From: a virus
Virus record (IMG/VR): IMGVR_UViG_3300045988_099631
Span: 32,001 to 96,000 of that record
Direction: 5' to 3' (one strand)
Length of the DNA stretch: 64,000 nucleotides
Part shown: one piece after another, positions 43,836-52,473 of the stretch
Position numbering within the stretch: position 1 is the stretch's first letter
How the letters are laid out: every line of letters starts with the position of its first letter
Position numbers and translations under genes: made by a program
The notes under the pieces: model-generated
The model's input: only the letters and a program-made list of their open reading frames with translations
Databases searched by the model: none
Told to the model about the DNA's origin: nothing

Positions 43836-43863
43836 GGGACAAATCACATATTTCGTGTAGATA
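43836..43863 (+). promoter_or_regulatory. class-B promoter 12 (GGGACA-16-TAGATA)
   Basis: Followed by a second, sigma-A-like promoter TTGACA-17-TATCAT at 43895-43923. Confidence 0.5.
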
Positions 43864-43946
43864 GAAAAATAGAGAGATTTTCTTGAATCGTGTATTGACA
43901 TTATCGTGCAATCGTGTTATCATGTTTGCGTAAGGAGGTGTGATAA

Positions 43947-44090
43947 GTGGCAGAAAAAAATATCGGCATCAAGGTTGACGCAGAACTGTACAAGAAGATC
44001 AAAATCAAGATTGCGCAAGAGGGAATCACTCTAAAAGAATACATTCTGAAATTGATTCAAAAAGACCTTGAACTCGAATCCGATAAATAA
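43947..44090 (+). CDS. small ribbon-helix-helix protein (47 aa, GTG start, below the track cutoff)
   Basis: Hand-found VAEKNIGIKVDAELYKKIKIKIAQEGITLKEYILKLIQKDL. RBS AAGGAGGTG. Confidence 0.5.
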   Translation: MAEKNIGIKVDAELYKKIKIKIAQEGITLKEYILKLIQKDLELESDK

Positions 44091-44264
44091 AAACACCCCC
44101 TTCTCTGCGGCTAGTTTGCCGACCGGCGCAAAGAAGGGAGCTGCCCGAAAATACCCGCATGACATGGGGATACTTTACGGTTTTTTCATTATACCGTGAT
44201 TACATTCCCCTGTCAATCCAAATTTGATAGGGGGATTTTTATATTTCCCGGAAAGGATTACACG

Positions 44265-45038
44265 ATGAAGCTGCAAGTTACCACGAACAACGGCATTGAG
44301 GTTTTAGACAGCCGAGAAGTCGCACAGGCTATCGAAATCCGGCACGCGGATTTGCTTGAAAAAATCAACACCTACAGCGATTTTTTAGCCAACGGAAAAT
44401 TCCGTTCGCTGGATTTCTTTGTTCCGAGCGACTATGTTGACGCTCAAGGGAAAACTCGCCCGCGATACCTTCTCACGCGCAAGGGCTGCGACATGGTAGC
44501 GAACAAGATGACCGGTGAAAAAGGTGTTCTGTTCACTGCGGCATACGTCACAGCGTTTGAGGAAATGCAGAAGCGCTTGAAAACGTCACCCTCCCCTGCC
44601 GAGCAGTTACTTGCGCAAGCACAGCTTATGGTAGATCAGGAGCGCCGCATCGCCGCTCTTGAAACCGGCCAGACGCAGATGCGCGACACAATGAGCACGG
44701 CGTTCTCCGCACTCGCTTCCCCTACTGTCAGCCGCGACCATTGGCAGGATGAAACGCGACAGAAAATCCGCCGGGTCTGTTTTGAAAACGGCCTGAATTA
44801 TCAGCAGTTTACCGCACAGACCTATGACGAGCTGGAAGCGGATGCGCGTGTAAAGCTCGAAACCCGCGTGAATAATCAGCGGGAGCGGATGAAAGCAGGC
44901 GGTGCGAAGTCCGCCGAAATTCAGGCGGTAAACAAGCTGACCGTTATTGCAGCAGACCCGAAACTTCGTGCAATCTACTCTGCAATCATTCAGCGCCATT
45001 CGGCGCAGTTCTTAACCGAAAGATTTTCTAACATGTGA
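44265..45038 (+). CDS. Rha-family phage regulatory protein / antirepressor
   Basis: IEVLDSREVAQAIEIRHADLLEKI...RPRYLLTRKGCDMVANKMTGEKG...AYVTAFEEM. Confidence 0.7.
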   Translation: MKLQVTTNNGIEVLDSREVAQAIEIRHADLLEKINTYSDFLANGKFRSLDFFVPSDYVDAQGKTRPRYLLTRKGCDMVANKMTGEKGVLFTAAYVTAFEEMQKRLKTSPSPAEQLLAQAQLMVDQERRIAALETGQTQMRDTMSTAFSALASPTVSRDHWQDETRQKIRRVCFENGLNYQQFTAQTYDELEADARVKLETRVNNQRERMKAGGAKSAEIQAVNKLTVIAADPKLRAIYSAIIQRHSAQFLTERFSNM

Positions 45039-45052
45039 GAGGAGAAAATACC

Positions 45053-45217
45053 ATGGAAAACGAATTCAGAAAACTTCTTAGTGAAGTCGATGACATGGAC
45101 GAATTTGTCCGGTTTATGATGTTCTGTTTCAAACGGCTGAATCTCGGCGAAGATGTGCCGGAGATTTGGGCAGCGTGGTGCAGCGAGAAGAATCAAGCAG
45201 TCTTTCCGAGAAGCTGA
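45053..45217 (+). CDS. small protein, F-x-RF-x-x-FC...IW-x-x-W family member 2
   Basis: DEFVRFMMFCFKRLNLGEDVPEIWAAWC. Confidence 0.5.
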   Translation: MENEFRKLLSEVDDMDEFVRFMMFCFKRLNLGEDVPEIWAAWCSEKNQAVFPRS

Positions 45218-45367
45218 ACGAAGAAGTAGATTCTCGGTGGATTCACAAACATCAATCATCAGAAAAATTCAGGGGGAAAATCGAAATGACAAAGAAACAG
45301 CCCACAAGCCCCTGCCTTTAGGCATGGGGTAAAGGGCTGCAAGTCTACTTATTGTTGGAGATGAAAC

Positions 45368-46471
45368 ATGGAATATTCCTACAAATTTAGGCTGTGCCCA
45401 AATGCGGCTCAGAGAAACTTAATACAGCGCACTTTCGGCTGTGCTCGATTTGTGTATAACCACTTTCTTTCTGAACGCATTGCGCAGTATCGAGAAACTG
45501 GGAAATCTCCTACACGATTTCAGCAGGATAAGGAACTCACTGTACTCAAGCAGAAACTCGGATGGCTGCAAGAGCCAGATAAATGCGCCTTGCAAAATGC
45601 TGTGAGGAATTTAGACGCCGCATATAAGAACTTTTTTCGCCGAGTAAAGAACGGTGAGAAGCCCGGTTTTCCAAAGTTCAAAAGCAAGCGCAACCACAGA
45701 CAGAGCTATAAGTCAAATGGTAGCATCAGAGTTTTTGACAATGCAGTTCAACTGCCGAAACTGGGAAAAGTCAAATGCCGTATCAGTCGAAAGGTTGAGG
45801 GTAGAATCCTCTCTGCCACAGTATCACAGAATCCAAGCGGCAAATATTTCGTATCACTCTGCTGCACTGACGTTGAAATCGAGCCATTGCCGAAGACCGG
45901 TGCTGTGATCGGCGTTGATATGGGACTGAAAGCGTTCGCAATCACGTCCGAAGGGATGGAATACCAGAACCAGCGCTATTTAGCCAAGAACCAGAAGAAA
46001 CTTGCCAGATTGCAACGGCAACTCTCCCGAAAATCAAAGGGGAGTAACCGGCGCGAAAAAGCGAGGATTCAGGTGGCACGGCTGCATGAGCATATCACAA
46101 ACCAGCGCAGCGACATGATGCACAAGCTGTCAACACAGCTCATTCGTGAGAATGATGTGATCTGCATCGAAGACTTAGAACCGAAGAACATGGTCAAGAA
46201 CCATAATCTAGCGAAGTCTATCAACGACGCAGCGTGGGGCGAGTTCAGGCGGCAGCTGGAGTACAAGGCCGCGTGGTACGGGAAGAAAGTCATACAGATT
46301 GACCGGTTCTTCCCTTCTAGCCAGTTATGTTCCTGCTGCGGGTATCGGAATACCGATACGAAGAATCTGGCCGTGCGTGAATGGACGTGCCCTGAATGTG
46401 GGATACACCATGACCGGGATGTAAATGCCGCAAAGAACATTTTGAGTGAGGGCTTGCGCCTGTTGGCCTAG
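45368..46471 (+). CDS. tnpB: TnpB RNA-guided endonuclease (OrfB_IS605 plus zinc ribbon)
   Basis: N-terminus [13 protein letters not shown]. RuvC residues in [14 protein letters not shown] and [11 protein letters not shown]. Zinc finger CSCCGY...CPECG. Confidence 0.85.
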   Translation: MEYSYKFRLCPNAAQRNLIQRTFGCARFVYNHFLSERIAQYRETGKSPTRFQQDKELTVLKQKLGWLQEPDKCALQNAVRNLDAAYKNFFRRVKNGEKPGFPKFKSKRNHRQSYKSNGSIRVFDNAVQLPKLGKVKCRISRKVEGRILSATVSQNPSGKYFVSLCCTDVEIEPLPKTGAVIGVDMGLKAFAITSEGMEYQNQRYLAKNQKKLARLQRQLSRKSKGSNRREKARIQVARLHEHITNQRSDMMHKLSTQLIRENDVICIEDLEPKNMVKNHNLAKSINDAAWGEFRRQLEYKAAWYGKKVIQIDRFFPSSQLCSCCGYRNTDTKNLAVREWTCPECGIHHDRDVNAAKNILSEGLRLLA

Positions 46472-46596
46472 TCTAAACATACGGTAGGGCGGGACACGCC
46501 CGAACCTATACGCTCGTGGAGACTATGTAAGACGCAACTACGGCGCGGCAGTCGGCGAAACGAGAATCCCCCGGATTTAGCCGTGGGGAGTGTCAC
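46330..46596 (+). ncRNA. expected omega/reRNA of TnpB (3' end of tnpB to the right end); the extent is a guess
   Basis: By analogy with known TnpB systems. The structured GC-rich tail 46472-46596 ends at the inferred right end. Confidence 0.35.
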
Positions 46597-46618
46597 AAAC
46601 ACAGATATTCGGTAGATA
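46592..46618 (+). promoter_or_regulatory. class-B promoter 13 with its -35 replaced by the IS right end (GTCACA-15-TAGATA)
   Basis: Joining the left flank ...ATGAC to AAACACAG... would restore GACAAA-N-CGGTAGATA. Confidence 0.35.
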
Positions 46619-46668
46619 GCAAACTGTAGAAATACGCATAAATAGAAAGAGAAAGGACGTAAAATTCA

Positions 46669-46905
46669 ATGAAAAGCAAAAAATCAACCGATCTGGTCTA
46701 TGTGCCGGAACTCACCCCAGAAGATGTTTTCAGCCACTTGGTATGTCACCACGCAGACGTTGTGCGCGCCAGAAACGCGCAGCGGGCGTACAAACGGTAT
46801 TTGGAGCGCAAGCGTCGCTGTGTTGCTTCCATCGTGATTATCGTATCCTCGCTTGCCGCAGCCGCTACGCTACTCATCACAAGCGGTGTGCTTGCGATGG
46901 TTTGA
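46669..46905 (+). CDS. membrane-anchored hypothetical protein
   Basis: 78 aa with a C-terminal TM helix. Confidence 0.45.
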   Translation: MKSKKSTDLVYVPELTPEDVFSHLVCHHADVVRARNAQRAYKRYLERKRRCVASIVIIVSSLAAAATLLITSGVLAMV

Positions 46906-46919
46906 ATGGAGGTGCGCGC

Positions 46920-47087
46920 GTGTACAAGTTGTATGACAGCTATCCGGACTCCCCTGCCCTTGTCGGTACGTTTGACAGCGTTGACGAGGCGCGGGAGGCC
47001 GCGAAGAAAATGGATGAGGCAACTGGCGGAAAATTCTTTCCGAGGCTCGTCAAAGATGGAAAGGTCATTCAAGATTGGGGGTACTAA
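46920..47087 (+). CDS. hypothetical protein (GTG start)
   Basis: VYKLYDSYPDSPALVGTFDSVDEAREAAKKMD with a GGAGGTG RBS. Confidence 0.35.
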   Translation: MYKLYDSYPDSPALVGTFDSVDEAREAAKKMDEATGGKFFPRLVKDGKVIQDWGY

Positions 47088-47090
47088 AAC

Positions 47091-47336
47091 ATGACATACG
47101 CAACGCTTTTGACCATCGCTTCTCTGCTTGAGAAGGAGAAAAACATCCGGGAAAAGGAATGCGAGCTCCTGCGTGAGAAATTGAATTCTGCGCGTGACAC
47201 AGCGGACTTTTCTCCGGAAGATAGCGAACTTTCTCGTGAAGTAGAGTTTACCAGAGCCTTATACGAAAAGTCCAGAGAAGGGCTTCTCAAACATGAACGC
47301 GCTTGTGAAGACTTCTTTGAGCATGATTTCCGGTAA
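47091..47336 (+). CDS. hypothetical coiled-coil protein
   Basis: 81-aa ORF. Confidence 0.45.
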   Translation: MTYATLLTIASLLEKEKNIREKECELLREKLNSARDTADFSPEDSELSREVEFTRALYEKSREGLLKHERACEDFFEHDFR

Positions 47337-47353
47337 GAAATTCATTTGGAAGT

Positions 47354-47380
47354 GGGACAAATCCATTTTTTCGGTAGAAA
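47354..47380 (+). promoter_or_regulatory. class-B promoter 14 (GGGACA-15-TAGAAA)
   Basis: Motif read upstream of the ATG at 47422. Confidence 0.5.
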
Positions 47381-47421
47381 CATAGGTGTAAGACAAAACA
47401 CCATACAGGAGGCCAAAAACA

Positions 47422-47601
47422 ATGAAGAAAGTCAAGGAATTATGGAACGAGTTCGGCGATGTGCCGATGAACCCAGAAACACAGTGCATCGAGGAAGCAT
47501 GGCACGGGTTCCCGGCCGGAACAAATCGGGAGGAAATTTGGCACTGGTTCGAGGAAACGTTCGACGTTCGCGTCGCTGATCTGATGTACGGAGGTATCTG
47601 A
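47422..47601 (+). CDS. hypothetical protein (59 aa, below the track cutoff)
   Basis: Hand-found MKKVKELWNEFGDVPMNPETQCIEEAWHGF with an AGGAGG RBS. Confidence 0.4.
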   Translation: MKKVKELWNEFGDVPMNPETQCIEEAWHGFPAGTNREEIWHWFEETFDVRVADLMYGGI

Positions 47602-47602
47602 A

Positions 47603-48193
47603 ATGGGACAGCGTTCACAGATCTATGTCCGCGCGTCCGGGCAGCTCATCGTCGCAAACTACTATCAATGGAACTATGCCGAGCGAATGATTTCGCGTGC
47701 TAGATACGGTATTGAGTACATCGATTCGGTCAAGGACTACAGCAACTGGATTTTTCTCCGCGACGTGAACGTCGAACATTTGCGCCGCATCCTGGACGTA
47801 AACTTCGACCTCAAGGACTACCAGATTTCGATCAAGATCATCGAAGAATGGAAGGACGTTTTTCCAGACAAGCCTTTCAATGATGTTGTGTTTGACTGGC
47901 AGGACAACAACGACGGCCAGCTGTTCATCGACTTCACGAAAGACGGAAAGATTTCTTATGCGTTCCGGAAAACGGAAGACATGACGTGCGAAAGCCCGAT
48001 GTCTGCTGCCGAATACATGGAATGGGATCGTCGGAACTGGCTGGATTGCGAGTCCATGACGAAGGCTGAGAAAGCCACCTGCCGCCGCAACATTGCAGCT
48101 ATCGATAAGATGGCAAGACTTATGACCGCAGAGGAATTGAAAGAGTTCGTCCATCATGACTACGGGTACAAATCCGTTCAGGAGGCAGACTGA
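47603..48193 (+). CDS. hypothetical protein
   Basis: 196-aa ORF. Confidence 0.5.
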   Translation: MGQRSQIYVRASGQLIVANYYQWNYAERMISRARYGIEYIDSVKDYSNWIFLRDVNVEHLRRILDVNFDLKDYQISIKIIEEWKDVFPDKPFNDVVFDWQDNNDGQLFIDFTKDGKISYAFRKTEDMTCESPMSAAEYMEWDRRNWLDCESMTKAEKATCRRNIAAIDKMARLMTAEELKEFVHHDYGYKSVQEAD

Positions 48194-48194
48194 C

Positions 48195-48467
48195 ATGACC
48201 TTTAGAGATTTCTGTACAGGCTTCCGCGATTACTGGCCGAACTTCGTTGCAAAGCACTGGAACTTCTCACAGTGCAGAAACGGATACAGTGCCGGGTACA
48301 CGCCGAAATATCCAGAAAAGACAGCAGCGGATTTCGACGTATTTTATAACACTTGCGACGGCTCATGGACACTCTACGCCGAAACAGCGTGCGTCCCGAT
48401 TATAAGAAGGTTTGAATCCTTCGACAAACTTGCGAAGCAGGCTTGTGAACCCGCAAAATGCCCGTAA
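48195..48467 (+). CDS. hypothetical protein
   Basis: Trimmed to MTFRDFCTGF. Confidence 0.4.
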   Translation: MTFRDFCTGFRDYWPNFVAKHWNFSQCRNGYSAGYTPKYPEKTAADFDVFYNTCDGSWTLYAETACVPIIRRFESFDKLAKQACEPAKCP

Positions 48468-48504
48468 GTTCCCGCAAGATACCCGCAAAAAGCGTAGATT
48501 TTCC

Positions 48505-48531
48505 GGGACAAAACCAGAATCCCGGTAGAAC
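48505..48531 (+). promoter_or_regulatory. class-B promoter 15 (GGGACA-15-TAGAAC)
   Basis: Motif read upstream of the ATG at 48584. Confidence 0.5.
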
Positions 48532-48583
48532 AGTAAATGTAAGCAATCACACAAACAACAATTATTTTATGGAGGTAAAAACA

Positions 48584-49297
48584 ATGGCAAAGGCAACTAA
48601 GGAAGCACAGGAGACCAAGGCGATCAGACGGTACATCAAGCTCACGTTCATTGAGCCGGTGCTGGGCACCTGGCCGAGTAACGAGAATGTGGCGCGTGAC
48701 TTCATCGCGTCCAAGTCTCCGGACGCAAACACAATCGAAGATGAGGTCGCAGCGATTGGTGCGGAAGCTGTGGCTGATAAGGCAATGACGGTATTCCCCC
48801 GTGTCGATGGCAAGCCCGTATTCTGGGATTACCAGATTAAAGGATTTTTCAAAGACACTTGCAGCGCCCTCGCCCGTGCCAAGTACACAAAGTCCAGCGG
48901 CCTGAAAGCATTCAAGAAGGTCATCGACGGTATGATCTTCCCCTTCCCCCGCGCAATTTCCATCAACGTCAACGGAGAAATCGGCGAATGCCAGCGGCCG
49001 CTCCGTGCGCAGACTGCGCAGGGTGAGCGTGTGAGCCTCGCAAACTCCGAGGAAATCCCGGCTGGAAGCACGATTCAGTTCGGCGTAACACTCGCAGACC
49101 CGGCGCACGAAGCACTGCTGATGGAGTGGCTGGACAATGGGTTCTTCCGTGGTCTCGGTCAGTGGCGTAACTCTGGCAAGGGCCGATTCGTCTACAAGAT
49201 GCTCGACGAGGAAGGCAACAACCTCGGCGGCACAGCAGAGAAATTCGGTTACATGATGCAGGAGGCGAACTTCTTCCCGGAGGAAAAGGCGGGCTGA
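48584..49297 (+). CDS. hypothetical protein with a RAMP-like glycine-rich loop
   Basis: 237 aa. Has an N-terminal beta-like YIKLTFIEPVLGT and a C-terminal FFRGLGQWRNSGKGRF. Family not recognised. Confidence 0.5.
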   Translation: MAKATKEAQETKAIRRYIKLTFIEPVLGTWPSNENVARDFIASKSPDANTIEDEVAAIGAEAVADKAMTVFPRVDGKPVFWDYQIKGFFKDTCSALARAKYTKSSGLKAFKKVIDGMIFPFPRAISINVNGEIGECQRPLRAQTAQGERVSLANSEEIPAGSTIQFGVTLADPAHEALLMEWLDNGFFRGLGQWRNSGKGRFVYKMLDEEGNNLGGTAEKFGYMMQEANFFPEEKAG

Positions 49298-49339
49298 TAG
49301 GCCCGCCGAACGGGGCGATGGAAACGCGTCGAGCGGCAT

Positions 49340-50300
49340 GGCCTAGATTGGCATCGCAAAGGAGCAGCAATGCTCAGCAATGCTCAGCACAGCAAAGGAA
49401 AAGCGGAGTGAGGCAGCGCCGGGCGGAGTGGGGCCAGGCATAGCAGCGGAGAGGTGGAGCGCCGCACAGTCAAGAACTGCATAGGGCAGGCTGAGTTCTG
49501 TTTTGGAACCAGAAGAACAGCAGAGGCTTTGCGGGGCGATGCGTATCTCGGCAACGCAATGGCTTAGTGGGGTGTCGCAATGCGCAGCGGAGGCGAGGCA
49601 AAGTACGGTCTAGCAAGGTATAGCAAAGGAATGGCAAAGTAAAGAGTCGCCGCGCACAGAAACGCAAGGGCGATGTGGGGGTTAGCGACGGGAAGCAAAG
49701 GACTTGCTCAGCCTCGCACTGCCCGGCAATGGAACAGCAAAGAAATGCGCTGGTTAGCAACGGAAACGCGAAGCGCTGTCTTGCGTTGAAATGGCGTTGA
49801 AATGGCGATGGAATTGCACGGATTCGCATGGCACAGCAATGGAAGTGTACCGACCAGATAATCATAGCGACGGTGAGGATAAGAACGGCTTAGAAACGCA
49901 TCGGAAGTGTATCGCGCAGTCAAGCAGAGCGGCGGATTAGTTGAGCAACGGGTAGCCATGGAACAGCGGATCGGAGTTTAGTAGAGCTATGGAAAGGCAA
50001 GGTGAGGTCTGGCCAGGGAATGCAATGGCAAAGCGCGGTGACGGCATAGCGTGGTTTTGATTAGCAACGGCTGGGCGGCGATACGGATTGAGTCGTTACG
50101 CGGTGAAACGGCATGGCAAGGAATGGAAGTGTTTGGAGTTGTGCAGCATTGGAGTGGTGCAGGTTGGCTACGTCTAGCAGTGAAATGCAAAGGAAAAGCA
50201 ATGTTCTGAGGGGCCGTGAAAAGGATATGCGTTGCGAATCAAAGCGGAGCAAAGCAAAGGATATGCGCAGCGCGGAAATGCGTGGCAAAGCAAAGGAGAG
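49340..50300 (+). repeat. ORF-free purine-rich tract with 14 same-strand copies of GCAA[A/T/C]GG
   Basis: Copies counted by eye at 49356, 49392, 49556, 49623, 49695, 49726, 49757, 49836, 49945, 50022, 50064, 50187, 50254 and 50290. AGCGG occurs 6 times. Confidence 0.7.
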
Positions 50301-50304
50301 GCAG

Positions 50305-50349
50305 GTTGACATAAGAATGGGAAAAAACATTTGCCCCTTGGAGTATAAT
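50305..50349 (+). promoter_or_regulatory. class-A promoter: conserved 29-mer (50305-50333) plus TATAAT 32 nt downstream of its TTGACA
   Basis: GTTGACATAAGAATGGGAAAAAACATTTG, then TATAAT at 50344-50349, an AAGGAGG RBS and the ATG at 50373. Confidence 0.55.
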
Positions 50350-50372
50350 GAAAAATGTAAGGAGGATTTCAT

Positions 50373-51461
50373 ATGGGATTTCCAAGCGCCTATGAAAAAT
50401 TCCGGTCAGCAATGATTGCATACGAAGAAAACCTTCGAGCGATAGGCCGTTCTGAAACAACAATTCAAAACGAAGAGTTTGTGTTCAAAATGTTTTCCGA
50501 TTTCATGCTGGAAAACAAATTGTGGGACAGACGCGAAGAAAGCTTCACGGACATTCAAGCATGGCGAGATCAGCTGCGTAGGGATGGCAAGAAACCAACT
50601 ACAATCAGGCAATACCTGACGGTTCTTTCCGCACTCTACAATTTCGCTTCATCTGACGAATTGGGGGAAAACCGATGGTATGACAGAAATCCAGTTTCAA
50701 AACTCCTGATGCCAGACACAAGGAAATTGGAGAAACGCCCGTATGATCAGCTTCTGACCGACGAACAGGTTTTGCTGCTATGGAGGAATAATCCACCGAA
50801 AGGACTCAAGCGTCCATATCTCTGGCCGAGAAACTACGCCATTGTTATTTTGCTTCTGACAACAGAAATCAGAAACAGTGAACTTCTGGTGCTCACGCCG
50901 AACGACTTGGATTGGGAAAACTCGGAGCTGACCGTTGAGCACGGAAAGGGAGACAAGTTCCGCCCAGTTGACTTCCCTATTCTTGCGCAGACAGCCGTTC
51001 GTATGTACTTAAATAGCGGAATCCGGCCTGAGACCGCTGGAAATAGCGGCCCACTTTTCGGGACAGAAGCAACCTTCGAGTTTAAGGGTGACAATAAGGG
51101 TGAGGAATGGCACGCAGGGACTCGGCAATGGCTGTCAGACGTCGTTCGGAGGCATGTAAAGGCTGTCACTGGTGTAGACATGATTCGTTCCCACGATCTG
51201 CGGCATGTCGGAGCAAGGCTCGATCTGAACAGTGGAATGACTTTTGAGGAACTGCAAGCAAAGCTTGGACATGAGTCAGTTTCAACTACGCAGATCTATT
51301 CAGGCAAGCTGACAAGCCGCAAGAACAGACGCATGACCAAGGCGGTACAAGAAGAAAAAGAACGTCAGGCGCAGAGAAATATAGACCGTTTGGAGGCAGC
51401 GGGAGATAATTTTTTCGGAAATCTCCGGTTGAAACAGATTCCCCAGCCGGAGATAGCCTAA
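50373..51461 (+). CDS. tyrosine recombinase / integrase 2 (XerC/D-like)
   Basis: SAM-like N-domain. Catalytic RNSEL...HGKGDKFR...HDLRHVGA...LGHESVSTTQIYSG. Confidence 0.8.
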   Translation: MGFPSAYEKFRSAMIAYEENLRAIGRSETTIQNEEFVFKMFSDFMLENKLWDRREESFTDIQAWRDQLRRDGKKPTTIRQYLTVLSALYNFASSDELGENRWYDRNPVSKLLMPDTRKLEKRPYDQLLTDEQVLLLWRNNPPKGLKRPYLWPRNYAIVILLLTTEIRNSELLVLTPNDLDWENSELTVEHGKGDKFRPVDFPILAQTAVRMYLNSGIRPETAGNSGPLFGTEATFEFKGDNKGEEWHAGTRQWLSDVVRRHVKAVTGVDMIRSHDLRHVGARLDLNSGMTFEELQAKLGHESVSTTQIYSGKLTSRKNRRMTKAVQEEKERQAQRNIDRLEAAGDNFFGNLRLKQIPQPEIA

Positions 51462-51558
51462 ACAAGACCAAGAAAACTACAGATTCCAGCAGTGGGAAGG
51501 TCAGCAAGAAAAACCAAGAAAATTAAAACCATCCGGGTTTCTTTCAAGCCCGGTGCAT

Positions 51559-51625
51559 GGTGGAACAATGGCGCACTGATTGGTTCATAGTCCACTCGGT
51601 ATCGGTTCAAATCCGATTTCCACCA
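51559..51625 (+). pseudogene. aberrant 67-nt tRNA-like element (perfect acceptor and T-arm, CAT in a loop-like context, D-arm region about 6 nt short)
   Basis: GGTGGAA...ATCGG TTCAAAT CCGAT TTCCACC A. I could not fold a canonical D-arm or anticodon stem. Confidence 0.35.
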
Positions 51626-51775
51626 CAATGCCGCAGTTTTTTCGATTTTTCTGCGGCACGGCATATGGCCTCCTTTCTAATGAAGAAAAGCGTCACCCAT
51701 GTAAGCGCAGGCGCTCGCCGGAACATATTAGAGATTCCGGTGCTCCAAGCTGGGAAGCTTGGCTGTGGGAAACAT

Positions 51776-51849
51776 GTGCGTGTAGTTTAATGGCAGAACC
51801 TCAGACTTCCAATCTGATGGTGGGAGTTCGATTCTCCTCACGCACTCCA
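51776..51849 (+). tRNA. tRNA-Gly (anticodon TCC), CCA encoded
   Basis: Hand fold: acceptor GTGCGTG/CACGCAC, anticodon arm TCAGA-CTTCCAA-TCTGA, T-arm GGGAG-TTCGATT-CTCCT. Confidence 0.8.
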
Positions 51850-52215
51850 CATGGGTGTTGCGGCGGGCTCAGGGAAAGTTTTGAATTTCCAAAGGCTTTG
51901 GTGAAACGATATATCCGGCCATCCGCTCAATCTGTAGGTAGTGCAAGTACGACAGATTGCGAATTTAATTAGCTGGCTCCGGCTTAATGTTTGAAAAAAC
52001 GGATGCGACCGATGCACCGGCGCAGGGTTGAAAAGTTCCGTGGTCAATCCCCTCTTGGCTTCCAGACGGTTCGCTGTGAGGCGTGAAAGATGGAAGAAAA
52101 ACTGGTGTGGCGACGCAGACCAACGGCGCAATGCCGCGTCTAGGCGTTGAGTAATGGCGGCTCTGGGACCAAGAGTGGATGACTGTGAAAAATGGGTGGG
52201 AAGTGAGTAAAAACG

Positions 52216-52473
52216 ATGGACGAAAACAATACTGCGTACTGCATCAGGTGCGGTAAGACGACAGATTATTCGATAAAACTTCAGCGCGTGAGAGTGAATG
52301 TTTGTGGGGTGCGTTTCAGCTATATTGAGAATAGACCATGTTGTATAAGTTGCGGAGAAGAAGTCTACGTTCCAAAACTTGAAGACCGAAATTCTGCTGC
52401 TAGGAAGTTTGCGTTCAACCAATCGCTGGAAAAGATCAGAAACAAATTTGATTCAAACGGAGGTAAAACATGA
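52216..52473 (+). CDS. YgiT/MqsA-type zinc-ribbon protein
   Basis: CIRCGKT...VRFSYIENRPCCISCGEEVY. Confidence 0.45.
   Translation: MDENNTAYCIRCGKTTDYSIKLQRVRVNVCGVRFSYIENRPCCISCGEEVYVPKLEDRNSAARKFAFNQSLEKIRNKFDSNGGKT

Larger units (their letters stand above)
45291..46596 (+). mobile_element. IS200/IS605-family element carrying only tnpB (IS1341-like); the ends are inferred
   Basis: Similar imperfect hairpins lie near both ends (CCCCTGCCtttaGGCATGGGG at about 45312 and CCCCCGGatttaGCCGTGGGG at about 46568). The flanks are ATGAC| and GTCAC|. Confidence 0.55.

Noticed and set aside
49340-50300. A CRISPR array or protein-coding repeats in the purine-rich tract (minus-strand ORFs 49470-49865, 49708-49959, 49987-50190 and 50061-50372).
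   Set aside because: There are no regular 25-40-nt repeats alternating with unique spacers. The ORFs are Leu/Cys/Pro/Phe-rich translations of the pyrimidine strand in several frames, which shows a DNA-level motif rather than a coding sequence.
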